Part shown: positions 37,340-47,748 of the stretch, piece by piece
How positions within the stretch are numbered: the stretch's first letter is position 1
Layout: each line of letters opens with the position of its first letter
Assembly (NCBI GenBank): GCA_003962975.1
Contig: RXKC01000007.1
Coordinates: 26,711-90,710, forward strand
Length of the DNA stretch: 64,000 bases
Reading direction: 5' to 3'
Origin: Candidatus Saccharimonadota bacterium
GTDB taxonomy: Bacteria > Patescibacteriota > Saccharimonadia > Saccharimonadales > AWTP1-31
Program-made: the position numbers and the translations under genes
The notes under the pieces: model-generated
Seen by the model: only the letters and a program-made list of their open reading frames with translations
What the model was told of the DNA's origin: nothing
The model's database searches: none

Positions 37340-37859
37340 GCTTGTTTTGAAATTTCTGGCGTAGCTTTGTGAGCTTTGGATTGATTATCACCTGGCAGTA
37401 GCCTAGCTGTGGATTTTTATTGAAATAATCTTGATGCTCATCCTCGGCTGGGTAAAAAGTATCCAGCTTTTTTACTTCTGTAACTATGGGGTCATCCCAA
37501 AGTAGTTGTACCTGCGCAATGGAAGACTCGACCACCTGCTTTTGCTCGTCACTGCTATACAAAATAATTGAACGGTACTCAGGCCCCTGATCGTTTCCCT
37601 GATAGTTTAAGGTCGTTGGGTCATGCACAACCCAGAATATGTCTAATATCTCATTGAGGTCCAACTTTTTATTGTCAAAGCTTACTTTCACGACTTCAGC
37701 GTGTCCTGTCGTCTGAGAAGCCACGCTGTAATAGGTTGGATTCGTGGTATCACCACCAGCATAACCGGCAACAACATCATCCACACCTTCGATTAATCGA
37801 AATGCAGCATCTAAACACCAGAAACAACCGCCGCCAAGAACGATACTTTCTTGGCTCAA
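37326..37859 (-). CDS. msrA: Peptide methionine sulfoxide reductase MsrA
   Basis: GGGCFWC active-site motif. Confidence 0.9.
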   Translation of the reverse strand: MSQESIVLGGGCFWCLDAAFRLIEGVDDVVAGYAGGDTTNPTYYSVASQTTGHAEVVKVSFDNKKLDLNEILDIFWVVHDPTTLNYQGNDQGPEYRSIILYSSDEQKQVVESSIAQVQLLWDDPIVTEVKKLDTFYPAEDEHQDYFNKNPQLGYCQVIINPKLTKLRQKFQNKLKAA

Positions 37860-37863
37860 GCGC

Positions 37864-38166
37864 CTACTCCGTCACCTGGACATCACGCCAGAAAGCTACG
37901 TAGTTTGAGAAATCCTTTTTAACCTGATCAATAGCAGATGGCAGTGGCCTTGGATAGCTGAACGCGCTGTCTTGGCTAGTTTTATCATCTATGCTGATAT
38001 TAAAGTACTGACATACGCCCTTCCGCGGACATGTGTACGGGGTTGGGCTTTTACTGAGGAATTCCTGCTTTACACTGTCGGGTGGAAAATACCAGTTACC
38101 CTCTATGTAAATAAGTTCTTCTCTTGTTGCTTCGGCGATTACGGTGTCATTCCAGATAGCTTTCAT
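37864..38166 (-). CDS. DUF427-domain protein
   Basis: MKAIWNDTVIAEA...YIEGNWYFPPDSV matches the DUF427 signature. Confidence 0.6.
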   Translation of the reverse strand: MKAIWNDTVIAEATREELIYIEGNWYFPPDSVKQEFLSKSPTPYTCPRKGVCQYFNISIDDKTSQDSAFSYPRPLPSAIDQVKKDFSNYVAFWRDVQVTE

Positions 38167-38187
38167 AAGCCCCCTTCGTTATTCTTA

Positions 38188-39564
38188 CTATTCAGTTCTT
38201 AATGCTTCAATCGGATCCATTTTGGCAGCTTTACGGGCTGGTAGATATCCAGCCAGGATAGCAACAATCATTAATCCAACAATGAGCGCAGCTATTTGAG
38301 AAGGACGGAAAATAAGCAAACTGTTGCCCTCACCAAGGTCAAGCTTCTTGGTAATCCACGGGTTTAAGGGAATGCCGACCAGCAATGCTCCAGCGGATCC
38401 AATTGCTCCACCCAAGAAACCTATCCAACCGGCTTCAAGCATAAAGAGCCTGCGCAGATCACGTTTGCGCATACCCAATGCTTTCATGAGTCCGATTTCA
38501 CGAATACGCTCTAGAACACTAATGTACTGAGTGTTCACAATACCAAAGACGGATGCTATCACGGTAATGAGCCCGAAAACACCTACCAGTGCCTGTAGAA
38601 TATTCACAATTTGGGTGATCGACTGCTGAATTTCTTTGCTACTCATCGTGAAGTATTTCTTGGCTTTTAGATCAGCTTGAGCTGCATCAATACTTGCCTG
38701 CTTTTCACCATCTTTAACCCGCACATACACGTATGTGTATTTGTCATAACTGGGCGTACCCTCGGTAGTGTAATCATACATCTGCTTAGCGTCATTGGTT
38801 GATACCAGTACCGGTAGCGTTCCGAAGTTTATGCTTGTTGCAGCCTTTTTAGTAATCGCGGCAATCGTAAAGGTGCGCATTTGCGATTCAGGTTGTAGCG
38901 TACGCGGATCAACTCCGTTGCGAATGGCCGCCAGTACTTGCTCACCCCCTCCGTCTACAAATGGTTTTTGGATATTAATGCTGATTTTTTTACCAAGCGC
39001 ATCTTTATCACTCTTAAAACCGAGTGCCTTTACATAACCTTCTGGTAACATTACCTGATTGTCAGCGATGTCACCTGTTTTTGGTAACGTCCCAGCTGCC
39101 AGTTCTGGTTTTTGCGCCGGGTTATACGCGGTTGCGCTGAGAGTGAACCTCTTCTGGCCTTCACGAGTTATATATCGAGCTGCCAGCTGATAGTTCTCTC
39201 GGACTTCTTCGATATATGGTAAGCTCTTCAACTCGGTAATATCTTCTGGCGTAACCTGTTTAATCTGCAAACTAGAACCATCACCGCCAATGGCCATAGA
39301 TGTAACGGACTCATCGTATTCTTTGGGCTCGGTTGATGGCGCGCCAGTATTGCTCACTTCTTTGTCGCGTCCAACAATAAGTTCGGATGAGTCAAAGTTA
39401 CTCGTGACTAACCGATCGGTATACTCACGAATTCCGTTGCCGGCTGCTAACGTTATGGTTAATGTAAAGCCCCCGACTGCGATGGCGAGAGAAGTTAGAA
39501 CTGTTCGTAGTTTTGCGCTACGCAGACTGCGCCCACTACGGCGAATAGTATCTTGAATACGCAT
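38188..39564 (-). CDS. ABC transporter permease, FtsX/MacB-like with a large extracytoplasmic domain
   Basis: N-terminal TM helix, about 250-aa periplasmic domain, and a C-terminal 3-TM FtsX domain. Confidence 0.75.
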   Translation of the reverse strand: MRIQDTIRRSGRSLRSAKLRTVLTSLAIAVGGFTLTITLAAGNGIREYTDRLVTSNFDSSELIVGRDKEVSNTGAPSTEPKEYDESVTSMAIGGDGSSLQIKQVTPEDITELKSLPYIEEVRENYQLAARYITREGQKRFTLSATAYNPAQKPELAAGTLPKTGDIADNQVMLPEGYVKALGFKSDKDALGKKISINIQKPFVDGGGEQVLAAIRNGVDPRTLQPESQMRTFTIAAITKKAATSINFGTLPVLVSTNDAKQMYDYTTEGTPSYDKYTYVYVRVKDGEKQASIDAAQADLKAKKYFTMSSKEIQQSITQIVNILQALVGVFGLITVIASVFGIVNTQYISVLERIREIGLMKALGMRKRDLRRLFMLEAGWIGFLGGAIGSAGALLVGIPLNPWITKKLDLGEGNSLLIFRPSQIAALIVGLMIVAILAGYLPARKAAKMDPIEALRTE

Positions 39565-40274
39565 TACTTCTTTGCCCTCGCTACAGTCTTACGAGTTGGT
39601 TTTGTAACCAAACTGTCTATCTTGCCGTCCTTTAGCCTCACTTGTATCTTACAGCGAGCTGCTAGTTCATCATCATGTGTCACAATCACGAGTGTACTGC
39701 CAAGCGTTTTATTAATACTAAATAGTAAATCAATAATCTTATCGCCTGTTGCACTATCGAGGTTACCGGTTGGCTCATCAGCAAAGATAAGTTTTGGACG
39801 ATTAACGATCGCCCTGGCGATTGCTAGTCGCTGCTTTTGGCCTCCAGATAGGTTGCGAGCTCGACTGTTTGCTTTCTCACTCAAATCTACGGCCGCTAAA
39901 GCATCCATGACTCGTTGCTTGCGGTCGCGCCCACGAACCTCCGCAATTTCAAGCGGCAACATAACGTTCTGATAGCATGTCTGGTTACCTTCTACGAAGA
40001 AAGCCTGAAAGATAAAGCTCATTTGCTCAGCCCGAAACGCATCGATCTGTTTGGGCTTCATTTGCTGCAGTACCGTACCGTCAACCGTTACATGTCCGTC
40101 ACTCGGTGTATCTAGACCACTCATGATGTGCATGAGGGTTGATTTACCCGATCCACTTTTACCAATAATAGCCACTGTGGCGCCATCTTTAATGCTTAGG
40201 CTAATGTCGTCGAGCGCTGTAAAAGCACTGTCCTTCTTGCCATACGTTTTCGTAATGTTTGCTACCTCAATCAT
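39564..40274 (-). CDS. ABC transporter ATP-binding protein (MacB/LolD-like)
   Basis: Walker [10 protein letters not shown], signature LSGGQKQR, Walker B LIFADEPT. 1-nt overlap with the permease. Confidence 0.85.
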   Translation of the reverse strand: MIEVANITKTYGKKDSAFTALDDISLSIKDGATVAIIGKSGSGKSTLMHIMSGLDTPSDGHVTVDGTVLQQMKPKQIDAFRAEQMSFIFQAFFVEGNQTCYQNVMLPLEIAEVRGRDRKQRVMDALAAVDLSEKANSRARNLSGGQKQRLAIARAIVNRPKLIFADEPTGNLDSATGDKIIDLLFSINKTLGSTLVIVTHDDELAARCKIQVRLKDGKIDSLVTKPTRKTVARAKK

Positions 40275-40308
40275 CCTCCTAGTATAGCAGGCGACGTAGT
40301 CGAGGCAG

Positions 40309-41844
40309 TTAGGCTTTGAGCTGTAATCGCTCGATAAGCCAGTCGCGCGGCAGAATGCTCAGGAACCAACCAGCTCGAGGGCCAGATTCTTGATTAATAA
40401 GGACTGTATACAGCGTCGTGAACATTTCTTTTGGACTAAGACCAGTCTCGTCTTTCAATTCGTAGATGGCCTGGTGAAACCAATTGCCATCTGCGTCATC
40501 TGGTGCAGTACGGACCTTATCAGCAAGCGTTTTTAAGAGCGATTGCTGTGCGTCACTAAGTTCCAGATCAGAAATATCTTCGCGCAGCGCAAACTTTGCC
40601 TCTTCTGGAGCCCAGGTATCGAGCCATTTATCAATAAATTGAAGTTCCTGCATGATGACATCGATATCTGCTTCGACTTGCTCAGCGTGCTCGGTACGCT
40701 TAATAATCTCGATAGTTTTAGCCGGATCACGCAGCGCCGACTGGTAGCTAGCCACAAGATGTGAGAATGGTATTTGACTAATGACTAGCTGGTCACCAAG
40801 AGGAGCACGGCATATCTCGAGTAACTGCTCTTCCTGAGGAGTTTTGTCTGCCTTAGCAAGTAAAGCAGCGAACTCGTCAAAGAGTCGCATAACGCCTACT
40901 CCCTGATCAAAATACAGGCGTTTACTTGGTGGATAGACCAACACAAAATAACGAACAAGCTCTGCCGGTAGTACTTGTGTCACCTGCTTAGCTTCGATGC
41001 CAGTACCTTTGCTGGCACTCATTTTTTTGGTGTCGCCCGCCCGATTAATAAAGTCATACGGTACTGGAATTGGTGCAGGTGTTTTAAAGATATCTTCCAT
41101 AATCCCTACACCAGTGTCATACGAACCGCCCTTGGTGGCATGGTCGCGGCCAAATGGCTCGACATGAACATTGAGCATCCACCAGCGAGCTGGCCAATCT
41201 AATCGCCAGTCCAGCTTAACCTCACCCTGGGCATAGCCGGTAACTTTTTCTTCGCCCTCTGGTGTCTGGTAGGTAATCTGCTGACTGGTTGGGTCAATAC
41301 TTATGAAACGACGATTCTTGAGGCGACCAGCTTCCATGATTTGGATAGGTGACCAATGTTCGTCTAACTGACGTCCAGCTACTGTTTCGAGTGTCTTGCG
41401 GGCAGCTGGGACATTGTCTAGCACCTTCTCTATGGCTGGGACAAAAAAACCAGCACGGTATTTTAGATGACTTCGCTCGACAGCCATGTCGATACCTAAA
41501 TCATTAGCTACCGCGATAAAGTCGTCGGCAAAATAATCAGCGAAGGTTCGTTCGCTGCCGTCAGGTGCTGGAATATCGCAAAGCGGCATACCAAGATACT
41601 GTTCAAAGTCAGTTGGGATGTTTATCGGTATTTTGCGTAGAGCATCGAGGTCATCAACAAACTGAATATGTCTGGCCTGGCGACCGCGTCGCTTTAGTTC
41701 AAGCATAACGGCGTCAGCCGTGATTATTTCTCGTAAGTGACCGAAGTGATACGTACCTGAAGGCGAAGCACCAGACTCAATGAGGATCTCTCCTTCTGGG
41801 ACTTGAGCAATAATTTGGTCAACAAGGTTATTTAGCCACTGCAT
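40309..41844 (-). CDS. lysK: Lysine--tRNA ligase, class I type
   Basis: SGASPSGTYHFGH (HIGH variant) and KMSASKG (KMSKS). 511 aa, consistent with class I LysRS rather than class II LysS. Confidence 0.7.
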   Translation of the reverse strand: MQWLNNLVDQIIAQVPEGEILIESGASPSGTYHFGHLREIITADAVMLELKRRGRQARHIQFVDDLDALRKIPINIPTDFEQYLGMPLCDIPAPDGSERTFADYFADDFIAVANDLGIDMAVERSHLKYRAGFFVPAIEKVLDNVPAARKTLETVAGRQLDEHWSPIQIMEAGRLKNRRFISIDPTSQQITYQTPEGEEKVTGYAQGEVKLDWRLDWPARWWMLNVHVEPFGRDHATKGGSYDTGVGIMEDIFKTPAPIPVPYDFINRAGDTKKMSASKGTGIEAKQVTQVLPAELVRYFVLVYPPSKRLYFDQGVGVMRLFDEFAALLAKADKTPQEEQLLEICRAPLGDQLVISQIPFSHLVASYQSALRDPAKTIEIIKRTEHAEQVEADIDVIMQELQFIDKWLDTWAPEEAKFALREDISDLELSDAQQSLLKTLADKVRTAPDDADGNWFHQAIYELKDETGLSPKEMFTTLYTVLINQESGPRAGWFLSILPRDWLIERLQLKA

Positions 41845-41883
41845 TGCGCCTATTTTACCTTATTTACCCCTGTAAATCTAGTT

Positions 41884-42246
41884 CTAGTATAACTTGCCGC
41901 CCAGGGGCACATCTTTATCGGTCGTGATGAGCATGCACTCGCCCTTTCCATCGGGAATTCCGAGCGTCAGCACTTCACTCATAAAGGGACCTATTTGACG
42001 AGGCGCAAAGTTTACGACAGCAAGCACCTGCTTACCTTTTAACTCATCTCTATTGTAATTTGTTGGCAGCTGCGCGCTCGATTTTTTAACACCAATCTCT
42101 TCACCAAAGTCGATGGTCAACTTATACGCGGGCTTTCGTGCTTCGGGAAAATCCTGTACGTCGATAATCTGACCGACCCTAATATCGACGCTCTCAAAGT
42201 CCTCGTAGCTAATTGTGCTCATAAAACTACTAGGAGATGTCGACAA
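41884..42246 (-). CDS. tRNA-binding domain protein (CsaA/Trbp111-like OB fold)
   Basis: VDIRVGQIIDVQDFPEARKPAYKLTIDFGE...VLAVVNFAPRQI matches the Myf tRNA-binding domain. Overlaps greA by 17 nt. Confidence 0.7.
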   Translation of the reverse strand: MSTSPSSFMSTISYEDFESVDIRVGQIIDVQDFPEARKPAYKLTIDFGEEIGVKKSSAQLPTNYNRDELKGKQVLAVVNFAPRQIGPFMSEVLTLGIPDGKGECMLITTDKDVPLGGKLY

Positions 42247-42688
42247 TTTTGTAAGTAGTCGTGTCGGCAGGAGTAGTGATCTCTACTTCCTCGCCCTCTT
42301 TTTTGCCTAGTAAAGCTTTACCGATAGGAGATTCGTCTGAGATTTTTCCATTAAGTGGGTCAGCTTCTACCGTACCAACAACTTGAAATTCTTTGGTGCC
42401 TGAAGCATTTTTTAGTTTCACTTTAGAGCCCACTTGGACCTTGCTGTCACCTTTTGGCTTGCTAATAATCTGTACGTTCTGCAAAATCGCCTCAATTTCA
42501 GCAATGCGGCCTTCGGCACGTTCTTGTTCTTGGCGAGCAGAACTATATTCTGCGTTCTCGCTTAAGTCACCGAATTCTCGGGCCGTCTTAATACGCTCGG
42601 CGATTTGGCTTCGCTGGCCTACTAACTCAGCATGCTCTTGTTCAAGTTCGCTAACACCCTCTTTGGTTAGTAAGTATGGTTTCTTCAT
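42230..42688 (-). CDS. greA: Transcription elongation factor GreA
   Basis: N-terminal coiled-coil with acidic tip (LTKEGVSELEQE) and a C-terminal FKBP-like domain. 152 aa. Confidence 0.85.
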   Translation of the reverse strand: MKKPYLLTKEGVSELEQEHAELVGQRSQIAERIKTAREFGDLSENAEYSSARQEQERAEGRIAEIEAILQNVQIISKPKGDSKVQVGSKVKLKNASGTKEFQVVGTVEADPLNGKISDESPIGKALLGKKEGEEVEITTPADTTTYKIVDIS

Positions 42689-42711
42689 AATATCTATTCT
42701 CCCTCTGTTAT

Positions 42712-43995
42712 TTACTGGTCATTACTAGTTGAATTTTCTACCGTAGATGTGACTAGTTGGTCTAGTATATCACGGCTGGATAGCATCTGAGTTTCTTGGC
42801 TAGTTCGGGCCTTGAGCTCGTGTTTTCCAGAGGCAACTGTCTTTGCACTCACCACGACACGGTACGGAATACCCATTAGGTCTGCGTCGGCGAACTTCTG
42901 ACCAGCCCGAGTATCGCGGTCATCATAAAGAACTGTCACACCCTGCTTTTCGAGATCGCGGTACAACTCATCTGCCGCAGTTATAACGTCAGCTTCATCA
43001 CCAAGCCGGGCCAGGTAAACTTTAGCTGGTGCAATATTCTCTGGCCACACTAAACCTTTATCATCACTAGCAAGCTCTGCAATGACGCCCATAAGTCTGG
43101 TTACACCGATACCGTACGAACCAAGAAAAACTGCTTGCTGCGAGCCATCTTGATTGGTAAACATCACATTCATCTGCTCTGCCTTCTCGGTGCCAAAGTT
43201 AAAGATGTTACCCACTTCGGCACTCTTCACTTCTTCGAGTTCTTCACGCTTAATACCGAGGTTCTTGAGGTTTTCATCATCTAAGACTTCTTCATTCACG
43301 GCGATGTTCTTGCCACGGTGCAAGTAAATAATGTCCTCGCCTGCCTCACAGATAGTTTGAAATTCGTGGCTGAACTTCGTAAAAGCACCGCCGCTGGCAA
43401 ACGTCACATAGGTAATGTCACCAATACCGAGCCGCTCGAAAACTCTTTTGTAAGCTTCAATGCTCACTTGATAGAACTTCTCATGTTGTTCGGCATCGGT
43501 ACTGAGGGAGTACATGTCTTTCATGACAAACTCTCGACCACGCATAATGCCACTCTTGGCACGCAGTTCGTTTCGAAGTTTCGTCTGGAATTGGTAGACG
43601 TACATCGGTAAATCTTTATAACTGGCAACGTACTGACGCATCATGTCCAAAATAGCTTCCTCGTGTGACCACGCCAGACCGAGCTCGGTACCGTCTTGCA
43701 GCTTCGTCTTAAACCATACATCGACAACCTTTTCATCCCAGCGAGTCGTCATTGCCCATGGACCCTCTGGCTGGAGGTTAGTCATAATAAGCTCTTGCCC
43801 GCCAATAGCATTCATTTCCTCACGTACAATTTGCTTGATATTCTCGACGACACGCAAACCGAGAGGTGTATAGGCATATACGCCTGCCATGACCTTATAG
43901 ATAAAGCCTGCCTGAATGAGCAGCTGTGCATTTTTTGCGGTCTCATCACTTGGTGCTGTCTTACTGGTTTTAGTGAATAGTTGACTTACTTTCAT
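42712..43995 (-). CDS. proS: Proline--tRNA ligase (short form)
   Basis: Class II motifs and a C-terminal anticodon-binding domain. 427 aa, so no large editing insertion. Confidence 0.8.
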   Translation of the reverse strand: MKVSQLFTKTSKTAPSDETAKNAQLLIQAGFIYKVMAGVYAYTPLGLRVVENIKQIVREEMNAIGGQELIMTNLQPEGPWAMTTRWDEKVVDVWFKTKLQDGTELGLAWSHEEAILDMMRQYVASYKDLPMYVYQFQTKLRNELRAKSGIMRGREFVMKDMYSLSTDAEQHEKFYQVSIEAYKRVFERLGIGDITYVTFASGGAFTKFSHEFQTICEAGEDIIYLHRGKNIAVNEEVLDDENLKNLGIKREELEEVKSAEVGNIFNFGTEKAEQMNVMFTNQDGSQQAVFLGSYGIGVTRLMGVIAELASDDKGLVWPENIAPAKVYLARLGDEADVITAADELYRDLEKQGVTVLYDDRDTRAGQKFADADLMGIPYRVVVSAKTVASGKHELKARTSQETQMLSSRDILDQLVTSTVENSTSNDQ

Positions 43996-44024
43996 AATTT
44001 TTCTTTGTTAGCTCCTTCTGCTAA

Positions 44025-44049
44025 TAAAAAAGACGGCCGGTTGGCCGTC
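44025..44049 (-). terminator. Rho-independent terminator (GACGGCC-aacc-GGCCGTC followed by a U-run on the minus strand)
   Basis: Perfect 7-bp GC-rich stem with a 4-nt loop, immediately followed by TTTTTTATTA on the transcribed strand. It lies downstream of the CPBP protease gene. Confidence 0.7.
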
Positions 44050-44176
44050 GTATCGCAGTTTTTGTCGATAACCTAGCCAAGCCTCCGAGTTTGAATCGGT
44101 GCGGTGACCATGGGCACGAGTGCGCATATAAATGATCTACGATAAATCATACCTTCATAATACCGGCTTATCTCGC

Positions 44177-45013
44177 TTAGGCAAGTTTAAAAATAAACAA
44201 AGTTGCGAAGGCGATTCCGTTCTTGAGAGCATGCAGCATAATTGGCGCCCACAAGCGACCAGTTTTTTCGCGGAGATGTATGAGTAGTAGTGACAGGATG
44301 AAGGTATCAATCGCCGCTATCCATAGTAAAGGTGCGCTACTGCCTGCCTGCAGGTGTGCAATGGCAAAGAGAATGCTGGTTATAATGGCCGCCCAGCGCT
44401 GTGATACTTGTGATTTGAGACTAGTGTATAAATAGCCCCTCATGATCACCTCTTCTACCAGTGGTGGCAATATAACGAGACTCACAAATACTAGGGGCAA
44501 CTGTAATTGACTTACGTTATCGAAACCAATCTCTTGTTTCTGCTCAAGGTCGAGTGATGGGAAGAGTGCTTTGGCAGCAACCGTACTAGCAATGAATAAT
44601 GCGAGATATGCTAAGTAGGCTACGATAACGAGTCCAATTTCACGCCAAGCAAAGCGACCCTTCCAGCCGATTGAAGCGAAACTCATTCGCCGCCTCTTCA
44701 TAAACAGCGCCAGCAGCCCCAGCATACCCAGCTGAATGGCCGCAGATACAAGGAACTGACCCAACGTATTGTTAGTTAACCAGCTGGTAATACGAGCTTC
44801 ATCCCATCCGATTAAGCCCAAGAATATATATATCGTTAACCCACCAATAAGCTGGCTAAAGAAATAGATAAAGAAAGTTACCGCTGTCGCCTCAAGAATA
44901 CCGAATAGTTTTCTCCGGGGCGAGCCTTCTTCGGCAGCCTGTGACTGGGCTACAAAGCGAAGCATACCGTATAACACGGGTATAATCAGCAGACCTAGCC
45001 AACCAAGCTCCAT
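44177..45013 (-). CDS. CPBP-family intramembrane metalloprotease (CAAX protease/Abi-like)
   Basis: EEVIMRGY (EExxxR) and FAIAHL (FxxxH) motifs in a multi-TM protein. Confidence 0.65.
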   Translation of the reverse strand: MELGWLGLLIIPVLYGMLRFVAQSQAAEEGSPRRKLFGILEATAVTFFIYFFSQLIGGLTIYIFLGLIGWDEARITSWLTNNTLGQFLVSAAIQLGMLGLLALFMKRRRMSFASIGWKGRFAWREIGLVIVAYLAYLALFIASTVAAKALFPSLDLEQKQEIGFDNVSQLQLPLVFVSLVILPPLVEEVIMRGYLYTSLKSQVSQRWAAIITSILFAIAHLQAGSSAPLLWIAAIDTFILSLLLIHLREKTGRLWAPIMLHALKNGIAFATLFIFKLA

Positions 45014-45021
45014 GCCGCCTC

Positions 45022-46149
45022 CTATAAGAAACGCTTAATATCTACGACAGTAATTACCAAGAAAAGGAGCATCAATACTGCAAAGCCTGTGCCATGAATA
45101 CGCTCCTCTGTCTCTTGGCTCAGTGGTTTACGAAGTACTTTACGATACAAAAGCGTTACGAACAGTCGGCCGCCATCGAGAGCAGGTATTGGCAGCGTGT
45201 TCATAATGGCTAGCGTCAACGAGATAATAGCAATGATCATTAGCACAAATTCGTACCCCATTAAGCTGCCATCTTTGAGTAGAACGACAATGCCCACTGG
45301 TCCAGAAACTTGAGCTCCTGCCTCACCGCCGCGCCCACGAATCGCATCCCATAGTGCATTGCCGATGCCTTTTAATGTCTCGACGGTAAACTGCTTAATT
45401 ATGCCCACTCCGACGAGCGGTGCAGACCAGGTCGAACGACGAATAGTAAATTCTGCAGGTGATACACCCATATATCCTTTCGGGTTATTCGTTTTTTGGC
45501 TGGCTTCTACTTCTTGTGTGGAGCGAAGCTGTGTTTGCAAGGTCTGTGACTGACCAGCGCGCACGATGTCGATGTCGACCTTCCGCCCTGCAAAAGATTT
45601 CGTAACTTCAGGTAACTGTTCAGCACTTGAAACGGCTTTTTTATTGTCTTTTACACCTATAGCGGTAATCTTGTCTCTCTCTTGAAGCCCAGCCTTCTCA
45701 GCTGGTGAACCCTGTTCTACCCTGCCCACCAGTACCTGATTCTGAACAATTTTTGTGTCCGAATCGACGGTAAATTGGTTATCGATAAGCTTTGGCATAC
45801 CCACCAGCGCTAGGAAGGTAAACAGTATAAATGCCGCGCCAAGGTTCATACCCACACCGGCCAGCATGATAGCTATTTTTGTCTTTAACGGCGCTGCACC
45901 AAAACTACCCTTGGCCTTCGCCGAGTCATTCTCGCCCTTGAGCTTTACAAACCCACCTAAAGGCAGCCAGTTGAGCGTAAAAAGGACGCCGTTCTTGAGT
46001 TTACGGCTCCAGGCGACTGGCGGAAAACCAATGCCAAACTCTTCTACTTCTACACCGCCCCGTCGAGCTGCCAAATAGTGACCGAATTCATGCACAACCA
46101 CCAAACCGATAAACATTACGAGGCCAATAAAAAGTAGTAGTCCTGTCAT
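45022..46149 (-). CDS. rseP: RIP zinc metalloprotease RseP (site-2 protease, M50)
   Basis: HEFGH zinc motif in TM1 and a PDZ domain. 375 aa. Confidence 0.8.
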   Translation of the reverse strand: MTGLLLFIGLVMFIGLVVVHEFGHYLAARRGGVEVEEFGIGFPPVAWSRKLKNGVLFTLNWLPLGGFVKLKGENDSAKAKGSFGAAPLKTKIAIMLAGVGMNLGAAFILFTFLALVGMPKLIDNQFTVDSDTKIVQNQVLVGRVEQGSPAEKAGLQERDKITAIGVKDNKKAVSSAEQLPEVTKSFAGRKVDIDIVRAGQSQTLQTQLRSTQEVEASQKTNNPKGYMGVSPAEFTIRRSTWSAPLVGVGIIKQFTVETLKGIGNALWDAIRGRGGEAGAQVSGPVGIVVLLKDGSLMGYEFVLMIIAIISLTLAIMNTLPIPALDGGRLFVTLLYRKVLRKPLSQETEERIHGTGFAVLMLLFLVITVVDIKRFL

Positions 46150-46847
46150 TACGATCCAAACCTCCGTTGTCTATTTTCAAAGTCATCAAGTGCAATTTGC
46201 AAATCTTGTTCTGTAAATTCTGGCCAATGCTTTTCAATAAAATACAGTTCGCTGTACGCAGCTCGCCAAAGCATAAAGTTGCTGATTCGCTGCTCGCCTG
46301 AAGTACGAATAATAAGATCGACGGCCGGTATTTCTGGCTTGTATAGATGCTGGGTGATCATTTCTGGAGTGATCTCACCAGATGGTTGTTTAAGAAGGAT
46401 CTTGTTCATTGCCGTGGCAATCTCTTGGTGCCCACCGTAGTTTAGACACAAGAGCAAAGTGCCACCTGTATTGTCTTCGGTCTTCGCTTCTGCGCTTTCC
46501 ATTGCCGCAATCACTTGTGGCGACAGACGTTCTTCCTCGCCCAGGAATTGAACCCGGATATTCTGCTTATCAAGCTCTTTAACCTCATGTTTTGATACCC
46601 AGATGAGCAACTTCATTAGGTAATCAACTTCTTCAGTGGACCGTTTCCAGTTCTCTGTAGAAAACACATAGGCCGATACGTACTGTACACCTTGGTCAAA
46701 GGCGTATTTAGCAATTGTCTTTAAGTTTTCGTAGCCCTTTTTATGGCCGTCGAGTGTGGGTAAACCCTGAGCAGTAGCCCAGCGACGGTTTCCGTCTAAG
46801 ATAAGGCCAAGATGAGCTGGCACAGAGGCATGAGCGTTAATAGACAT
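46149..46847 (-). CDS. uppS: Undecaprenyl diphosphate synthase
   Basis: HLGLILDGNRRWA motif. 1-nt overlap with rseP. Confidence 0.85.
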   Translation of the reverse strand: MSINAHASVPAHLGLILDGNRRWATAQGLPTLDGHKKGYENLKTIAKYAFDQGVQYVSAYVFSTENWKRSTEEVDYLMKLLIWVSKHEVKELDKQNIRVQFLGEEERLSPQVIAAMESAEAKTEDNTGGTLLLCLNYGGHQEIATAMNKILLKQPSGEITPEMITQHLYKPEIPAVDLIIRTSGEQRISNFMLWRAAYSELYFIEKHWPEFTEQDLQIALDDFENRQRRFGS

Positions 46848-46863
46848 TCCCTCTAGTATAACC

Positions 46864-47427
46864 TTAAACGGTCATTATTTCTTGTTCTTTGGCCTTGGCC
46901 GCAGCTTCGGCATCTGCCTTAGTTTTAGTCATTGCCTCTTCGACCTGCCCCACATACCTTTTTTCATCGTCTTCGCTAATGTCTTTGTCTTTCTTTGCTT
47001 GCTCAAACGTATCAAGCGCATCATGACGCACACTGCGCATGCGCACCATACATTCTTCGAGCTTGCCGCCTACTTGCTTGCTAATCTCACGTCGTCGCTC
47101 TTCGGTAAGTGCAGGAATAGTGACACGAACTACACGACCATCATCAGAAGGATTAAGACCAAGGCTTTGGTTATCGCGAATCGCAGCACTGATTGCCTGC
47201 AAGTTATTTGGATCAAAAGGAGTAATCTGTAGCAGCTGTGCTTCTGGTGCAGATACCGTAGCAACCTGATTGAGTGGCATTGGTGTGCCATAGGCTTCTA
47301 CTGTAACACCGTCTAGCATGCTGGCATTAGCTCGGCCAGTACGAAGGCGCTTGAGCTCTTCCTTGAAATGATCGACTGCTTCGTTGAATTTGGTTTTTGC
47401 TTGATCAACAACCTGATTTGGACTCAC
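46864..47427 (-). CDS. frr: Ribosome recycling factor
   Basis: 187 aa. RRF signature (RTGRANASMLDGVTVEAYGTPMPLNQVATVS). Confidence 0.9.
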   Translation of the reverse strand: MSPNQVVDQAKTKFNEAVDHFKEELKRLRTGRANASMLDGVTVEAYGTPMPLNQVATVSAPEAQLLQITPFDPNNLQAISAAIRDNQSLGLNPSDDGRVVRVTIPALTEERRREISKQVGGKLEECMVRMRSVRHDALDTFEQAKKDKDISEDDEKRYVGQVEEAMTKTKADAEAAAKAKEQEIMTV

Positions 47428-47472
47428 GAAAAAACTCCTTGGTTATGGATATTAGTATAGCATTCCGCTGCT

Positions 47473-47748
47473 TTAGGCTGCTTCAGGAACTACAGGAATT
47501 GGCTCATGCGCGGCCAAGGCAGCTGCCAAGACTAGGTTTGCAGCTGCATCGTCCTGCGCTATATCACGGGGTAGCGTCTCTGGCATACGACAACTAACTG
47601 CGAGCCAACCGGCAGCCCCTTCAACCCAGTAGGCCGTGTGATTATCGGGATTTATCGCTAAGGCGTCAAATTTACCGTCTCGGCTCTCGTGAGCCACCAG
47701 GCCATTTGGATCCATCAGCGTTTTACCGGTCCAAAATATACTACTCAT
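47473..47748 (-). CDS. Hypothetical GC-rich 91-aa ORF at the position normally held by pyrH
   Basis: Ala-rich product with no UMP-kinase motifs. Visibly higher GC than the flanks. Confidence 0.3.
   Translation of the reverse strand: MSSIFWTGKTLMDPNGLVAHESRDGKFDALAINPDNHTAYWVEGAAGWLAVSCRMPETLPRDIAQDDAAANLVLAAALAAHEPIPVVPEAA

Noticed and set aside
39553-39972. 139-aa plus-strand ORF
   Set aside because: It is antisense inside the well-supported ABC ATPase gene (Walker A/B and signature motifs on the minus strand).
43996-44176. tRNA or tmRNA gene in the long intergenic gap
   Set aside because: No cloverleaf could be drawn. No GTTCGAATC-type T-loop with a complementary stem or CCA end was found on either strand.
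47473-47748. Degenerate pyrH pseudogene
   Set aside because: The translated product shows no UMP-kinase motifs (no KLSGE, GGGN or aspartokinase-fold signatures) in any frame examined, so it is treated as an unrelated ORF.
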